Below, piece after piece: positions 23,901 to 36,124 of a stretch of 64,000 bases of DNA; position 1 is the stretch's first letter; every line of letters begins with the position of its first letter. The notes beneath the pieces were generated by a model. The model was not told the DNA's origin. It was given only the letters and a program-made list of their open reading frames with translations, and made no database searches. Position numbers and translations under genes: made by a program. The DNA is from Daphnia carinata (lineage: Eukaryota), in NCBI RefSeq assembly GCF_022539665.2, contig NC_081331.1:5332001-5396000 (forward strand), written 5' to 3'.

Positions 23901-25933
23901 CGCCACCCGGCGTCTACCCACTCAAATTCCACGTACGCGACAATGTGCGTCAGGAGGAAGCTGACGCCACGGTTACCGTCACGGTCCAAGAGATTACCGA
24001 GGAGGCGGTCCGGCGTTCCGGTTCGATCCGGTTGAGCGGCGTTGACCAGGAAGAATTCATTAAAGACACACCCAGCAAGAAGGACCTGCTGCGCCAGAAG
24101 GTGGCTGAATACGTTGGCGCCCTAGAAGAGAACGTCGATGTCTTTACGGTCATGAGCAGCTCGCCTTCACGCAACCACAGCGTCGATGTCCGGTATTCCG
24201 CTCACGGTTCTCCTTATTACGACCCGGTGAAGCTCAATGGCTTGACGGCCGCCCATCAAGCCGAATTGGAGCGTTTGCTGGACGCTGAAGTTCTCATGTT
24301 TGGCATTGATGAGTGTCTGTATGAGAAGAATCCCGTCTGCTCCGAAGGTAGCTGCTCTAATCGACTGGTCATCTCAGACCAACAGCCCTACCGCGTGGCC
24401 ACCAATACGTCCACTTTCGTCGGTGTCGACGCTCGAATTGTCCCGGAATGCGTCTGCTTGGCCGACGAGTACCTTTCGTCCTCGTCTTGTTCGGCTACCT
24501 CGTGTCTCAATGGTGGAACATGCACTGGAGACGCTTCGCGCCCTTGTCGCTGCCCCGACGGATTCCAGGGACCGAGATGCGAAGGACTCGATGTTTCTTT
24601 CGGTGGAACTGGTTGGGCCTGGTACGATCCTCTTCCAACCTGCGCCTCCGGTTACCTGTCTCTGACTTTGATCGCCCAGACGGGCAACGGGCTCATACTT
24701 TACTCTGGGCCGACTGCTGTACCACCTGATACGAGCGTATCTGATTTCTTGGCTCTTGAGCTCCGAGAAGGTTCTCCTGTTCTCTACCTCGACCTCGGCT
24801 CTGGGACGAAACGTCTTGAATTGCCTGACCGTTCGCGTAACTTGGTGGACGGCAAAGCCCACGACCTGGAAATTAGCTGGAATCAGCGATCCGTCCAAAT
24901 GAGACTGGGCCAGTGCAGTGATGGACAGCCGTACTGTTCAGCTTCCTCTGGTTTGGTTGGTTCTAATGAATACCTCAACGTCAACGGACCTCTTCAAGTG
25001 GGCGGCATCACTGCCGACCTCCAGAAACTTCGGTTAGCTCTCAATTGGGGCTCCATTCCCACCGATATTGGTTACTCCGGTTGCATTCAAAACTTGACCT
25101 TCAATGGCCTCACTTACAACCTCTACGATCCTGGATATTTCAGAAACGCTACACCTTCGTGCGCCGGCGTAGTCTTGCCCGTCCAAACGGGCGGCTTTGG
25201 CTGGGAATTGATTATCGCCTTACTTGTTAGCCTTTTAGTCTTGATGATTCTCATCCTGGTGTTTGTGGCGTACCGGCGACGAAACCGCAAAGACAAGCCC
25301 AAAGATTTCCACGACGACATCCGTGAAAACATCATCAACTATTCTGATGAAGGTGGCGGCGAAGGAGACATGACCGGCTACGATTTGTCCGTTTTGCGGA
25401 TGACGCCAGATGGTAAACCGCTCATTGGTCGCAGCGACGACTATGGCAAGTTGCTCAAGGTATGGTTTGGCTTTCTTCTTTCATTGAAAATGTTAATTGG
25501 ATTAATTGTATTGCTGTTTTTATCAATTCCAGGACGAAGATTTGAGGCCGAAACGCGCAGCTCCTGGACAAGTGCCAGACATTAGCCAATTTTTGGACGA
25601 CAATAAAGGGCGTGTTGATCGCGATCCCGACGGCTTGGCCTATGACGATTTACGTCATTACGCATATGAAGGAGATGGAAATTCTATGGGTTCCCTTTCC
25701 TCGTTGGCTTCGGGTATGCATAATTATTTTCATGACTTAGCAGCAAAGATATTAATGAACTCATTTTCTTCTAAATAGGAACGGACGACGGCGATTTAGA
25801 TTTCGAGTGCTTGTCGGACTTTGGTCCGCGTTTTAAGAAATTGGCCGATATGTACGGCGATCATTCTAGCGAAAGCGAAGACGGAGAGGACGGACAACAA
25901 GGCGGCCAATCGGGCAGCGAGTCTTGGTGCTGA
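17967..25933 (+). CDS. shg: Type IV (DE-cadherin/shotgun-like) classical cadherin, ~1530 aa, 9 coding exons (17967-18036, 20733-20854, 20944-21171, 21294-21431, 21536-21736, 21850-23691, 23801-25459, 25533-25713, 25779-25933)
   Basis: Signal peptide, 7 EC repeats (DxNDN linkers), non-chordate domain with SAHGSPYY, one EGF-like and one LamG domain, TM segment, p120-binding DDIRENIINYSDEGGGEGD, beta-catenin-binding YAYEGDGNSMGSLSSL, GPRFKKLADMYG, C-terminal ESWC. Confidence 0.9.
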
Positions 25934-27611
25934 TTCTACTTTATATTAAAAAAAAAGAGCTTAACGAGGCAACTTTTTTTTCCATCCCCCCCAATTCCAG
26001 TCTCTTTTATATTAAAAAAAAATCGAAATAGGAAAAAGAAAAAGAAAAGATGACAATTAATCCAATGACAAAATGCGTTAAATCCAACAAGAGAGGACCA
26101 AACTGCCCGGCAGTCACAAAAGCGGATGCTATGCAACATTTGTGTTTGTTTTTTTCTTAATTATTCGGTGCGTTGTACAAGACGTTGTGTGATCTCACAG
26201 CTCGTGTGTTGGCACTGTTGTTGGATTTTGTTGTTTGTCTGGACGGATGTGACCGTTTTGATGCTCGTCCGTAATGACCATCAATTCCCCTCCCCCCTCT
26301 CTCTCTCCCTCGAAAGAAAGTCTTTCTTGAATATGACTTGTATAGAATTTTCTAAATGCGTCTGGAACAAAGAGTTTAAATTGATTCGTGCCTCGCCGTC
26401 AAGAGGAAGAAAAAAAAAATAATAGTAACATTTTTTGGAGTTATACAGTAGCCTGTATGTTAATACAGCTAGTCATCAGATTGGTACACCGCGCTGCCCC
26501 CCTCCACAACTCTTCCCAATTGTAATACAGAATGATTTTTGTTTTCTCTCCCTTCTCGAGCAAATGCCAATGTTTGTCTGTCGCCATTTCACTTTAATAA
26601 TCTTTTTTGATTGAAAACGTGTTCTTTTTTTTTCACGGTCTTTAACTAATTGATTCGTTTTGTTATCTTTACACAAGTTTTTTCACACAACACACAACCA
26701 GATGCCCTTTGAGTGCCTTTCACCTGCACATGATTTTTTCGTATACTCGCGCGCATTTTCTTGTTCGTGAAGACACAAACAAAAAAATCCATTCGACATT
26801 TGTCGAACGTTATGCCAATTTTCTTGTATCTATTTGCGGAAAAAAAAATGCAGAAATAAAATAAAAAATCGTGGTGTTGAAAAAGAACCAAAGTGTTTGC
26901 TCCATTGCATTTCATTGTGCACTGTTCGTCGACCCTTTTTATTATTTTTTTTTCAAGTAAAAGGCGTGCAATTTAAGTGGGTCACAGACTTGACGAGGGT
27001 GAAAGTCCACTTTCATTTATGTTTCGTGGGTAGAAACAGCCAAAAAAAAAGAAATAAATAAAAAAACGATTCTTCAAAATAACACGAGATCTGATGGTTG
27101 TGATAACATTTTAGCGCGGAGCTTCCGCTCATTCAGTCGCTTCTTTTTGTACCTCCAATTCATCACACAATCCTCATCCGATTCGATAGTGCGCGAGTTG
27201 AAGGCCCAACGGCAAGCGGACGTGATACCGGTAAATTATTATTCATTTTGTGTACTGAATATGAAATAGTTTATTTGTTGTATTTTTTTTTTTTTTTTTT
27301 GCGTGGCCGGTTAAACTGAAGAAGACCATCGCTGTTGGTGATTCCTGAAAGCACGCCGGCACGTCACGAGAAATAGCCAGTAATACCATAAGGATATCCC
27401 GTCAACGCGACCAGAATGAGTTGTATCCGCCTCTTAGCATTCGTATAAAAAGACGCGGGTCGCGTATGGCTTTGTCGCATATCAGTTGCATTTTGAGATT
27501 CAGTGAGTGACCAACCGAAAGGCGGACAAGTGCAAAGCGCGCGCAACTGGCAAAAACTTAAAAAACAAAAAGGGTGGTGGAAACGGTTGCGTGACGACCG
27601 GCGTGACAGAA

Positions 27612-29701
27612 ATGAAGGGAAAGGAAGCGATCGTGATTGTGTGGTTACTGTTGGCACTTCACAACAAAGTGAAAGCCACCTGGAGTCAATTTTATCATCT
27701 GCGAGGGCGGCTCATCTTTCAGGAAGAATTTGATTTTTTGAACACATCTCGGTGGCAGCACATTATCACCGCATGGAGGGGCGGTAACAACGAATTTGAA
27801 TATTATACCGATAGGCCGGAAAACAGGTACGAGCCGCAATTGTTTTTTCACCAATTTTTACGTTCAACGCTTTATGTTAATTTCTGTTTTTTTTTTTTTC
27901 TGTAAGTTATGTTCGGGATGGTGTCTTGCACATCAGGCCCACTCTGACAGCCGATCGTTTTGGTCAGGACTTCCTTTACAATGGCACGCTGGATCTCTGG
28001 CCGGAAGGGTGCAACGTCAACTACAACGGCGGATGTGTCGCGTATGTGCGCACATTTTTGTTTATTTTTTTGTTTTTTTTTTTTCAAATATATTTTCCAA
28101 ACATTATTCATGTGCACGCCTCTACATACGGTTTTCTCTTCATCGTCAATCCAACCATCCATCATCAGAACGGCCGGGGAAGACATAATCAACCCTATTC
28201 AATCTGCCCGGATGCGCACTATTAATTCGTTCAGCTTTACTTACGGCACGGTCGAGATACGCGCTAAAATGCCCCGCGGCGATTGGATTTGGCCAGGTGT
28301 GTTTTCTACTTTTCGTTGTTGCGTCATTGGTGTGTACAAAAATCGCACTATTGTTTTTGCCTTTTTTCGGAGTGAAGCCATGTGGATGATGCCAACTGAA
28401 AATCGCTTCGGTCCATGGCCACGCTCTGGCGAAATCGACATTGTCGAAATTCGAGCCAATAACGATTTCACGTGTGGAAACAAACAAATGGGAAACACCA
28501 TCATGGGCTCCACTCTTCATTTCGGTACCAATTAGCAAGCCAATTAAAGAACAGTAAACGGTTTGACGATGCATGATTTTTTGCAGGTACTGACTCGAAA
28601 CACAATATTTGGAGACCTACTCATTACGAAGCGTAAGCCAACCCCATTTCTTAAAATTTATGTTGGCTCTTAAGGTTTTTTTAGCATTCACGTGTTATGT
28701 AACAATTCCGTTAGGGTATTGGAGGAAGGCGATTTTGCATCGGATTTCCACATTTTCGGACTACAACGGCTACCGCAATCGATCCGTTTCTATGTGGACG
28801 GCATTTTGATTGGTGAAATTACTCCGCCGGACGGAGGTTTCTGGGAGGTGGGCCAATTATACCAAGATCCTGGTGGACCCAACATCTGGGGCAACGGTAC
28901 AACCATGACGCCATTTGACTACCCGGTAAAAAACAATTGTTTTTATAATTTACATATCGAGTTTAGATTAAGAAGAGCCAGGTGTCCTGAACTTTAGCAG
29001 TACCAAGTACCTTTGATTGCTTTGTCACGCTACCTAAAAGCCGTTAACATTGAACCACTAGAAATAGAAAGTTGATAAAAATAGAGCAAAAAGAAAGGCA
29101 GCTTGTGCGACCGACAGACATAATTGATTTTAAACGGATTGTATCTGAAGTGAAGCAAGGTACGCACACCCGCCAAGGTGGCCGATTGGCTGAGACGATT
29201 TCTCGATTACATTTTATGGGAAAAGCGTGAAGTTGTAAATACCACCCAAGTGAAATACCACTCGCAGTCATATGCATCACATTATGCTAATCTTTTATTG
29301 GAAATTATAGTTTCACTTCATTCTCAACGTGGCAGTGGGCGGCAACTTCTTTCCCGATGGATGTATCAACCGTCCGTTTCCAAAGCCGTGGTAAGGCCCT
29401 GCCCCTGTACTTTCACACCGAATGCTTGTTGTAACCCAGTTGATCTTTGACAAAATGAATTGGAACACAATTAAGGTCGACAAGGACAAAGCAGCAAATG
29501 CTACCATTTTGGGAGAAGCGACACGAATGGCTTCCAACGTGGAACCTTCATCGAGGCGATGATCCAACTAATGCGCTCCAGGTGGACTATATACGGGTTT
29601 ACGAATACGATCCCTACGACACGATCGACTGGTACTGGTATCAAAGGAGTTTGGCTAACAACTTCATTGCCGATGCAGAACGTTCACCCGTTTATCCTTG
29701 A
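27612..29701 (+). CDS. Secreted GH16 beta-1,3-glucanase / beta-glucan-binding (LGBP/GNBP family) protein, 8 exons
   Basis: Signal peptide, LIFQEEFD, GGNNEFEYY, INPIQSARMRT, YGTVEIRAKMPRGDWIWPA, WPRSGEIDIVE, FHFILNVAVGG, LQVDYIRVY. Splice phases are consistent. Confidence 0.93.
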
Positions 29702-30316
29702 ACGATAGTCCGATGGACGAAAAAGTTTACCAAAAAGATACGTGCCTCTGCAACGTGATTGTTTTCGTTAAGTTCCTTTTTTTAGTACAAATAAAATGAT
29801 TGAACTAAAAACGAATTTTTGGAGTTTTTATTCTATGTTATTAGTCACACGGCATTTATAATTGTCATTCAAAACTGATGCGAATCAAAAATGGAAAAAA
29901 TTATTCTTTATTCAGTTCCGCACTGTCCTCGCATTGCTACAGCGTGAGCAACCCAGGTGATAGCAGTCCAGGCCAGCCAATGAACTTTTTCTGAGAAAAT
30001 TTGTAGATACATCAAGGAAGTTGGGTTTTCCCCTTAAAACTTTCGTGCACATACTTTGCTATTTTCGGCAGCAAAAACGAGTTGTGTACGATAAACATCG
30101 CACATCGTGCGGTTGGGCGAAAATACATGGGGATTTCCAGCAAGGTGACACGAAGCTTCATCGCGTAATATGTTGCCAATTGGTACATGTGTACGATCAA
30201 TTTATCAACTGAATTTCTCCACGTAAATCACGAAATTCATTTCTCTGCTTGCATCAGATGTTGTTGCAAAAGGGACGCGCGGGGAATCCAATGCTCATGA
30301 GTTATTCCCTGTAGTG

Positions 30317-31168
30317 AAAGTGATAGCCAAGTTGAGCCAGTTGCTATTCATTTAAAAGCAAACTCATTTTTCAACATGACTGTCAACTGTTTAAATAAGT
30401 CAAGGTGGCAGCACATTGTTATCGCGTGAAAGTTAAAGCGAGAACGAATTTAAATACCGACTGTCTTGAAATCACGTACCACTTCAATCACGTTAGGTCA
30501 ATTAAAACCGATTTTTGTCGTTGACTGAATGTCTATAGGTTCGTCATAGGTTTTTTGCACAGCAGAAAACCTTAATCGTCGATCGCTTTGGGGAAGGATT
30601 TCATTACAATTGCACATTTTCCATGTACGGCGTGAATTGCAACGTCAATTAAAGTGGAGGACGTATTGCGCATATACGCGGATTATCATTATTTTCCGTC
30701 ATTTCCATTTACCCATTACCTTTTCAGGACGTTCCAAGTCCATATTGCTAACCCAGCCGTGTCCGCTTGGATGCAGGCTGTTAATTCCTTGTGATTTTAC
30801 TTGCGGCGTTTGTTGACATACACGCCAAAATTCCTCCCAATGGTTGAATCCGGTCAGGTATGTTTTTTTGTTTTTTTTTATCTCCCGTTTCTTTTATTGG
30901 GCAACGTGAACCGAATATCTTGTTTGCAAAAGCTATGTTAAAAATTGTTTTGGTTCATGGCCCGGAGAAATCGACATACCCGAACCTATCATGCAAATGA
31001 TTATTTTATTTTGCCAAGGTCGACAAGTAGGCAACAAACTAATGAGCTCTACTCTTCATTGAACACGTACATTGTTTTATATCGTTAAGCAAATCGAAAT
31101 CAAACCTCCAATTATTTCTCTACAAAAACCTGTTTCATAACATCAAAATCTGGAGGCCGTTTCACTAC
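30317..31168 (+). pseudogene. Decayed, intron-containing tandem duplicate of the GH16/LGBP gene (first ~5 exons)
   Basis: Collinear nucleotide similarity to 27667-28630: TCAAGGTGGCAGCACATT (SRWQHI), GATCGCTTTGG (DRFG), TGCAACGTCAAT (CNVN), TGGCCCGGAGAAATCGACATA (WP..GEIDI), TCTACTCTTCAT (STLH), ATCTGGAGGCC (IWRP). Multiple stops and frameshifts. Confidence 0.88.
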
Positions 31169-32287
31169 GTGGTCTATGCAAATACGTTATATCTCTCACA
31201 CTGTTGCTAGGCCAGCCTGATGTTGATCTACACACAATCATAGTCGATGAATACTCTAAGTATCAAATCATTTGTGTTGTGCTTCCCACAAGGTCTTATG
31301 CGATAACCCATTTCCGTTATGGGCCTTAATAGGATCTAATCGAACAATCCACGATTCCGGCTGTATGACTCTTTTTTATTTTGTTTCAGAATGTTGCAAC
31401 AGTCACGATGCCATTAAATGGCAATCACTTTTCAATTGTATTCACCTCATAGCTTTCTCATCGTTTTCGAATTAAGAATGTTATTGTTTGTCTACCTAGT
31501 GCATCGCTACGGCTCGGGAACTTGACAACCTAAAGAGAGATTGAAGCATTGTTGCACGATACGTTACACGAAGGAAACATCTTGCAACACACCTGCTTGA
31601 AAAGCTAACTGTCGACGCAAACAAGTTGCCAAAACTCATATTAGCTGCCACAGCGATACGATTACGCACATCTGCCCAATGTAATCAAAACCGACAAGTT
31701 GATGAATATGCTTACAATGCATTTTCTTTTCACGATTTTGGCACATTCCCACCGCATTGAAATGCATGGAAATTCCCCGTACTTTCTCTTGCCGACAGTA
31801 GTTGAGTTTTCTCTATGCTCACAGTTCACCCAGTGCATAGCTTTCGCTCGATTGATTGAAGGAAGGGACGCAATAAGTTTACGATGTACGTGATAATCCT
31901 AAGTCCGTCTCGCATAATACATTTGTCTTAACCTTGGCTGCAGTATAAGGGTAAACAAAACATAAAAAGAAGATCAAGAAGAGATCCGATCATTACACAA
32001 CTGAAATGAATACTTCATTTAAAACCATAAATATTCGTTTCTCCAGCGGGTCGTGTTTTATTGCGTCACGGTTTCCAATAACAAGTCGTGGGTGTTCCTA
32101 CAAGTATACTTCTTCATGCGTAATATTTGTAGTTGCAGTTGCTATCAAATGTTACAAGGATACCCGCTTATTTGTATATTTTTCCAAGCATATTTAATAG
32201 TCTCCAAAGCAAAGGGGATGTCGTTGATAAGAATAAAGGAACGGTCACAGAAGATGGCATGACCCGAACGAGTACAAGTCGTTTCAT

Positions 32288-34520
32288 TTATGAGACTGAC
32301 ACGGTCGTCCCGATGGTCGTTGTTGAAGACCATATGTTGTTCTTGTTGCTTGGTGGCAGGGTTTGGCAATCAACTTCTTCGGATCTCCTCCGGAATAATC
32401 TTTTGGATGAAGGGAAAACCCATCGCAGGCAGAGGAAATAAAACAGCTCAAAAACACTGATGAAGCTGAGGCCCAAGCCCAATCCCAAAAGACCACCCAT
32501 GGCGGCTATTGAAAGACATGCCAATGATTATTTCATCAGGATAAAAAATTTAAAAGGTTATTACAAATGAAATCTTCGACCCCGAATCGAATGTCAGTCT
32601 TGTATCGTACGCCAGTCTTATCTTTATAGTAGACGTGAAGCACCGCAACATTCGATCTGTAGAAACGGAGAGTTCAGTATTGGGTGGCATGTTTTTCATT
32701 AAAGAAAATTTCTATCAAACTTGAAATATTCGGTGCCATCTGTCGTTGAGCTGAGATTGCGTCCAGCCACTAGCCGTTTGAAGGTACGGGTTAAATTGAA
32801 TCCACGTCCAGGGAATGTGGCGTACGAAATTTCAGGATCGTACCATACGTCCGAGCAAGGGGGCAGGCAATTGCAGAACTCATCTTCCCTTTCTCGTACA
32901 TCCTCTGAACAAAAGAAATGAAGTGCAATACAATACAAATAGTTTAAATTAATTACCGTAGGCATCAGAAATGCAAGAATATGAAGCCAGTTCACACAGT
33001 TTGGTTCCTTTGTCAGCTGAAGTAATCAAAGAATCATTAAACTTTTATGGCTAGTGTTATACTTATAGAAAACTCACCTCTAAAAAAATACGGCCTACAT
33101 TTGCATCGCTCTTGCATAAGCTGTGTGGCACATTCGATAGTACACGCTGACCGACTGTATTGTGGGAAATACTTTAACTTTTTCTCGCCTTCTACTTGGC
33201 ACTGTCGTTGATATGGTGTTACGTCTTTTGCTACTTCTTCCGTATTGAATGTTGTAATTCCTTTTACGCCGACGAATCTATACAATGTTATCCGTTTGTT
33301 ATTTTATGGTTGCTTACGATATTAAGGGAACCGTTACGTTTCGGAACCAGGTCCAAGAACGAAGCCTCGATCCGCTACATCCGGGAATTCTTCTGAAGTG
33401 TGAACCAATACCTTTCCCCCACATTCGTAAGTCGTTGTTAGAATATTTATTTGTATATTTTTTAAGGGAAAAATACTTTGAAACCGTCGAATTTCCCGTT
33501 GGTAACACTGTAGTCTTCGATGTCGGCATCCAACACCAAGGCGAGCCCCATCCGGTATCCGTTCCCACCTACATGCAGCTTTTTGTTTTCACTGTAATAA
33601 AATGAGAATAACCAAAGTTCTTTTGCCATTCTACTAACAATAACAAATACTGCTTCTACTTTGATTTGATGCCGAGCTCTGCGTCTTCGTATTTCGCCCC
33701 GTTGAAAGTGCAGCAAATTCCATCATCTGTTGGGAGAAAAGAAAAGTATTCGATGCAAGGTGATGGAACACCAAGCCAAATGCAGTCCATAACCATGTCT
33801 CTGCACGACGGTGCGGACTGTTTACGAACGGAAAAAATGACATTGTACACGATAGACCCAAGTTTCAGCACAAGGCGGATTACCTTTTTAAGAACGTCAA
33901 ATAAATCCGTTGATGAAATGTTTAACGACTTGTAATATCCATTCAAATCTTTTAATTCTTTTTCTTTTTTGATGGCTCTGTCTAGTTTTGTCATGTACCT
34001 CAAGGTCTGCTGCATTACATCGTAAGAAATGTTCTTGTACCTTTAACGAAAATAAAGAATAAGTTAAAGAAAGCCACCCCGGAGGAGAGGGTAGGCCATG
34101 ATGATATACGACCTTGGGTCTTCCATGACTCGAAGCAACTTCGTCTTGGAAACTTTATTGACACTGCATATAGTAACCGCTGGAAAGGGAATATTCTTGA
34201 GAGGATAGCGGTTGGAATCAAGCGACATGAGAACAGGAGAATCTACCCATTTATTCCACATTTGCCAGCAAAAGTAGCCGGAGAAGAAAATACCAGCCAA
34301 GAATACCAGTATCCACATGACTCTGTTGTTATATGCACGTAAGTTTATGACAAAGAGACATTTGAATAACGGTATAAAAGATGTTTAATATTTACCGTTT
34401 CAGCCAATGGCTTTTTTCTTCTGTGATGTATTTCAGTCCATGGATGGAAGTTGTGTCGCAAAACTCTTTCACCGCTTTGCCCGCTTTTTGGCTTTGGATT
34501 GAGATCTGTCGGGACGGCAT
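32288..34520 (-). CDS. DEG/ENaC (pickpocket-like) sodium channel, copy 1, 11 exons
   Basis: MPSRQ...FCDTTSIHGLKY (HG motif), TM1, FPAVTICSVN, GICCTFN, Cys-rich YSRSACTIEC...CKCRPY...CNCLPPC, TM2 GGLLGLGLGLSFISVFE. Confidence 0.92.
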
Positions 34521-35983
34521 TATCGACTTCTACACACCTCACAGGAACAATGTTGACTACCGACTGAAAACGTTTTGGCCGATAACAGCTACGTAGCATC
34601 ACCGTGGCCGCAGTCCGTGACTTCAGCCTTTTTCCCCGGTTCGTTTTAACACCAGAGGCGTATATCCTTCAGAGCATTATTTTTATGACTTTGGTACGTC
34701 CTTTTCTTTTATGCCATTTCTTTTAAAACGAACATCACGCAGGGTCCATTGAGTTTTAATTAATGGTGCACTTGAGGGTTTACGTTCTTCTGACGAAAAG
34801 AAATGATTTGTGTTAAGTCATCGTCTTATGTACCCAGACAGGAACATAACGAATGCTTTTTTTAGGGTTTTCAAGGTGAAATATGTTGCTTGGTATTTAG
34901 CAGCTTGCGGAACAATATTATTACCTGAGGCAAGAAGATTACACTGCATCTTTGAACAACAATAATCGTATGTCTTTCCGACGACCTCGTAGTAGACTGG
35001 CCTTTGATTAACACTCGAATCGAACGTTTTCAGCTGTCTTTGGTCATTGACATTGGCTGAGGAAGATTTCCACATTTAGAAAAACGAAGGTTATAGCGAT
35101 AAATGTAAATGCATAGCGTGAGTGGGAGGCATCAAGTTGAAAATAGAAGTTGCTGGTTTTTATTGTATGACGAGAGACACGTAATGGTACGCATCGTGAT
35201 GCGATCTTAGTTTCCCCTTACAGTATACTATCTGGCAATATAATCAAATCAATACAAAGCAAAGTGGTTAAGGCGTATGATAGTTTTTTGGCAATTTAAC
35301 CAATGGAATTAGAATTTTACCGAGTTGCCCGATGAATTTCTAAAGTTTTGTGCTGTTCACGATACATTTAGAGAAGTTTGTCATGGTTCCTTATCTTACA
35401 TTAAATATTGAAGCCAGGTCTTTAGCTGACACATTTGCGGTTGCAACAATTGTTTATCAAAATTCAGTTGTCAGGAATCGTTGCTTCCATTACCCTCAAT
35501 TTGGAAATTGCAATACTTACGGTACGGAACCATGGCACTGCTAGTTCGATCGATTCTAACCTACTCAGCTGCATCCATCGCCGAAACGAAGTCGGAAATA
35601 AAGCTAATAGAGCAGAATCTGGATTGCGTTTCCTTCTTGGGGTGTGGTTGGCTGTGTCCAAAGCAGCCTTGACACCAACCTATCAGTTAGCTGCAGTATA
35701 GTGATACACAACCGGGTCAGTGAACTTGACAGATCATTGTTATTCATTTGCATCTCCACTACGAAGCCTGAGGTTGCCAAAAATTGGGTTAACTCGGGAA
35801 AGGTAATAAACATTCACGATTCCTACAGGATCATGAGTCATGCGATTAGAATAACATCCCCATCGACCGCAAAGTGTGTTGGGCTTCTGGCTGGTGATAT
35901 TAAAATAGTTACAATTGCTGCTTATTGCCGTATTGTACCGGTTATCATCGGTTCTATCACCATCTTCTTCTAACCTTTAAGAG

Positions 35984-36063
35984 TTACCTGGAACAGTGAC
36001 CCGATACAGTGAATGTTAGTTTTTTAGGGTTACGTGGAGCAGTGACCCGACATAGTGAGCGTT
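35984..36063. repeat. Two-copy direct repeat, period 46 bp, in the ELOVL 3' flank
   Basis: TTACCTGGAACAGTGACCCGATACAGTGAATGTT (35984-36017) versus TTACGTGGAGCAGTGACCCGACATAGTGAGCGTT (36030-36063). Confidence 0.75.
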
Positions 36064-36124
36064 TTTGCGTTGTTTTTCCCCTCTTCCAAGGCAACCGTAA
36101 CTATAATGTATCTTGTCACACATA

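Noticed and set aside
22039..25338. Antisense and alternate-frame ORFs over the cadherin exons
   Set aside because: Shadow ORFs caused by GC-rich codon usage; the same applies to those over NOC3L and VPS13D.
27444..27487. TATA plus Inr core promoter for the GH16 gene
   Set aside because: TATAAAA and TCAGTT are present but ~40 nt apart rather than ~30, so not called without TSS data.
31200..32100. 3' half of the GH16 pseudogene or another gene
   Set aside because: No recognisable GH16 motifs (FHIFG, LNVAVGG, DYIRVY) and no coherent spliced frame.
34800..35980. Additional gene between pickpocket copy 1 and ELOVL
   Set aside because: Some splice-like signals and short ORFs, but no consistent frame or recognisable domain; blastx would be needed.
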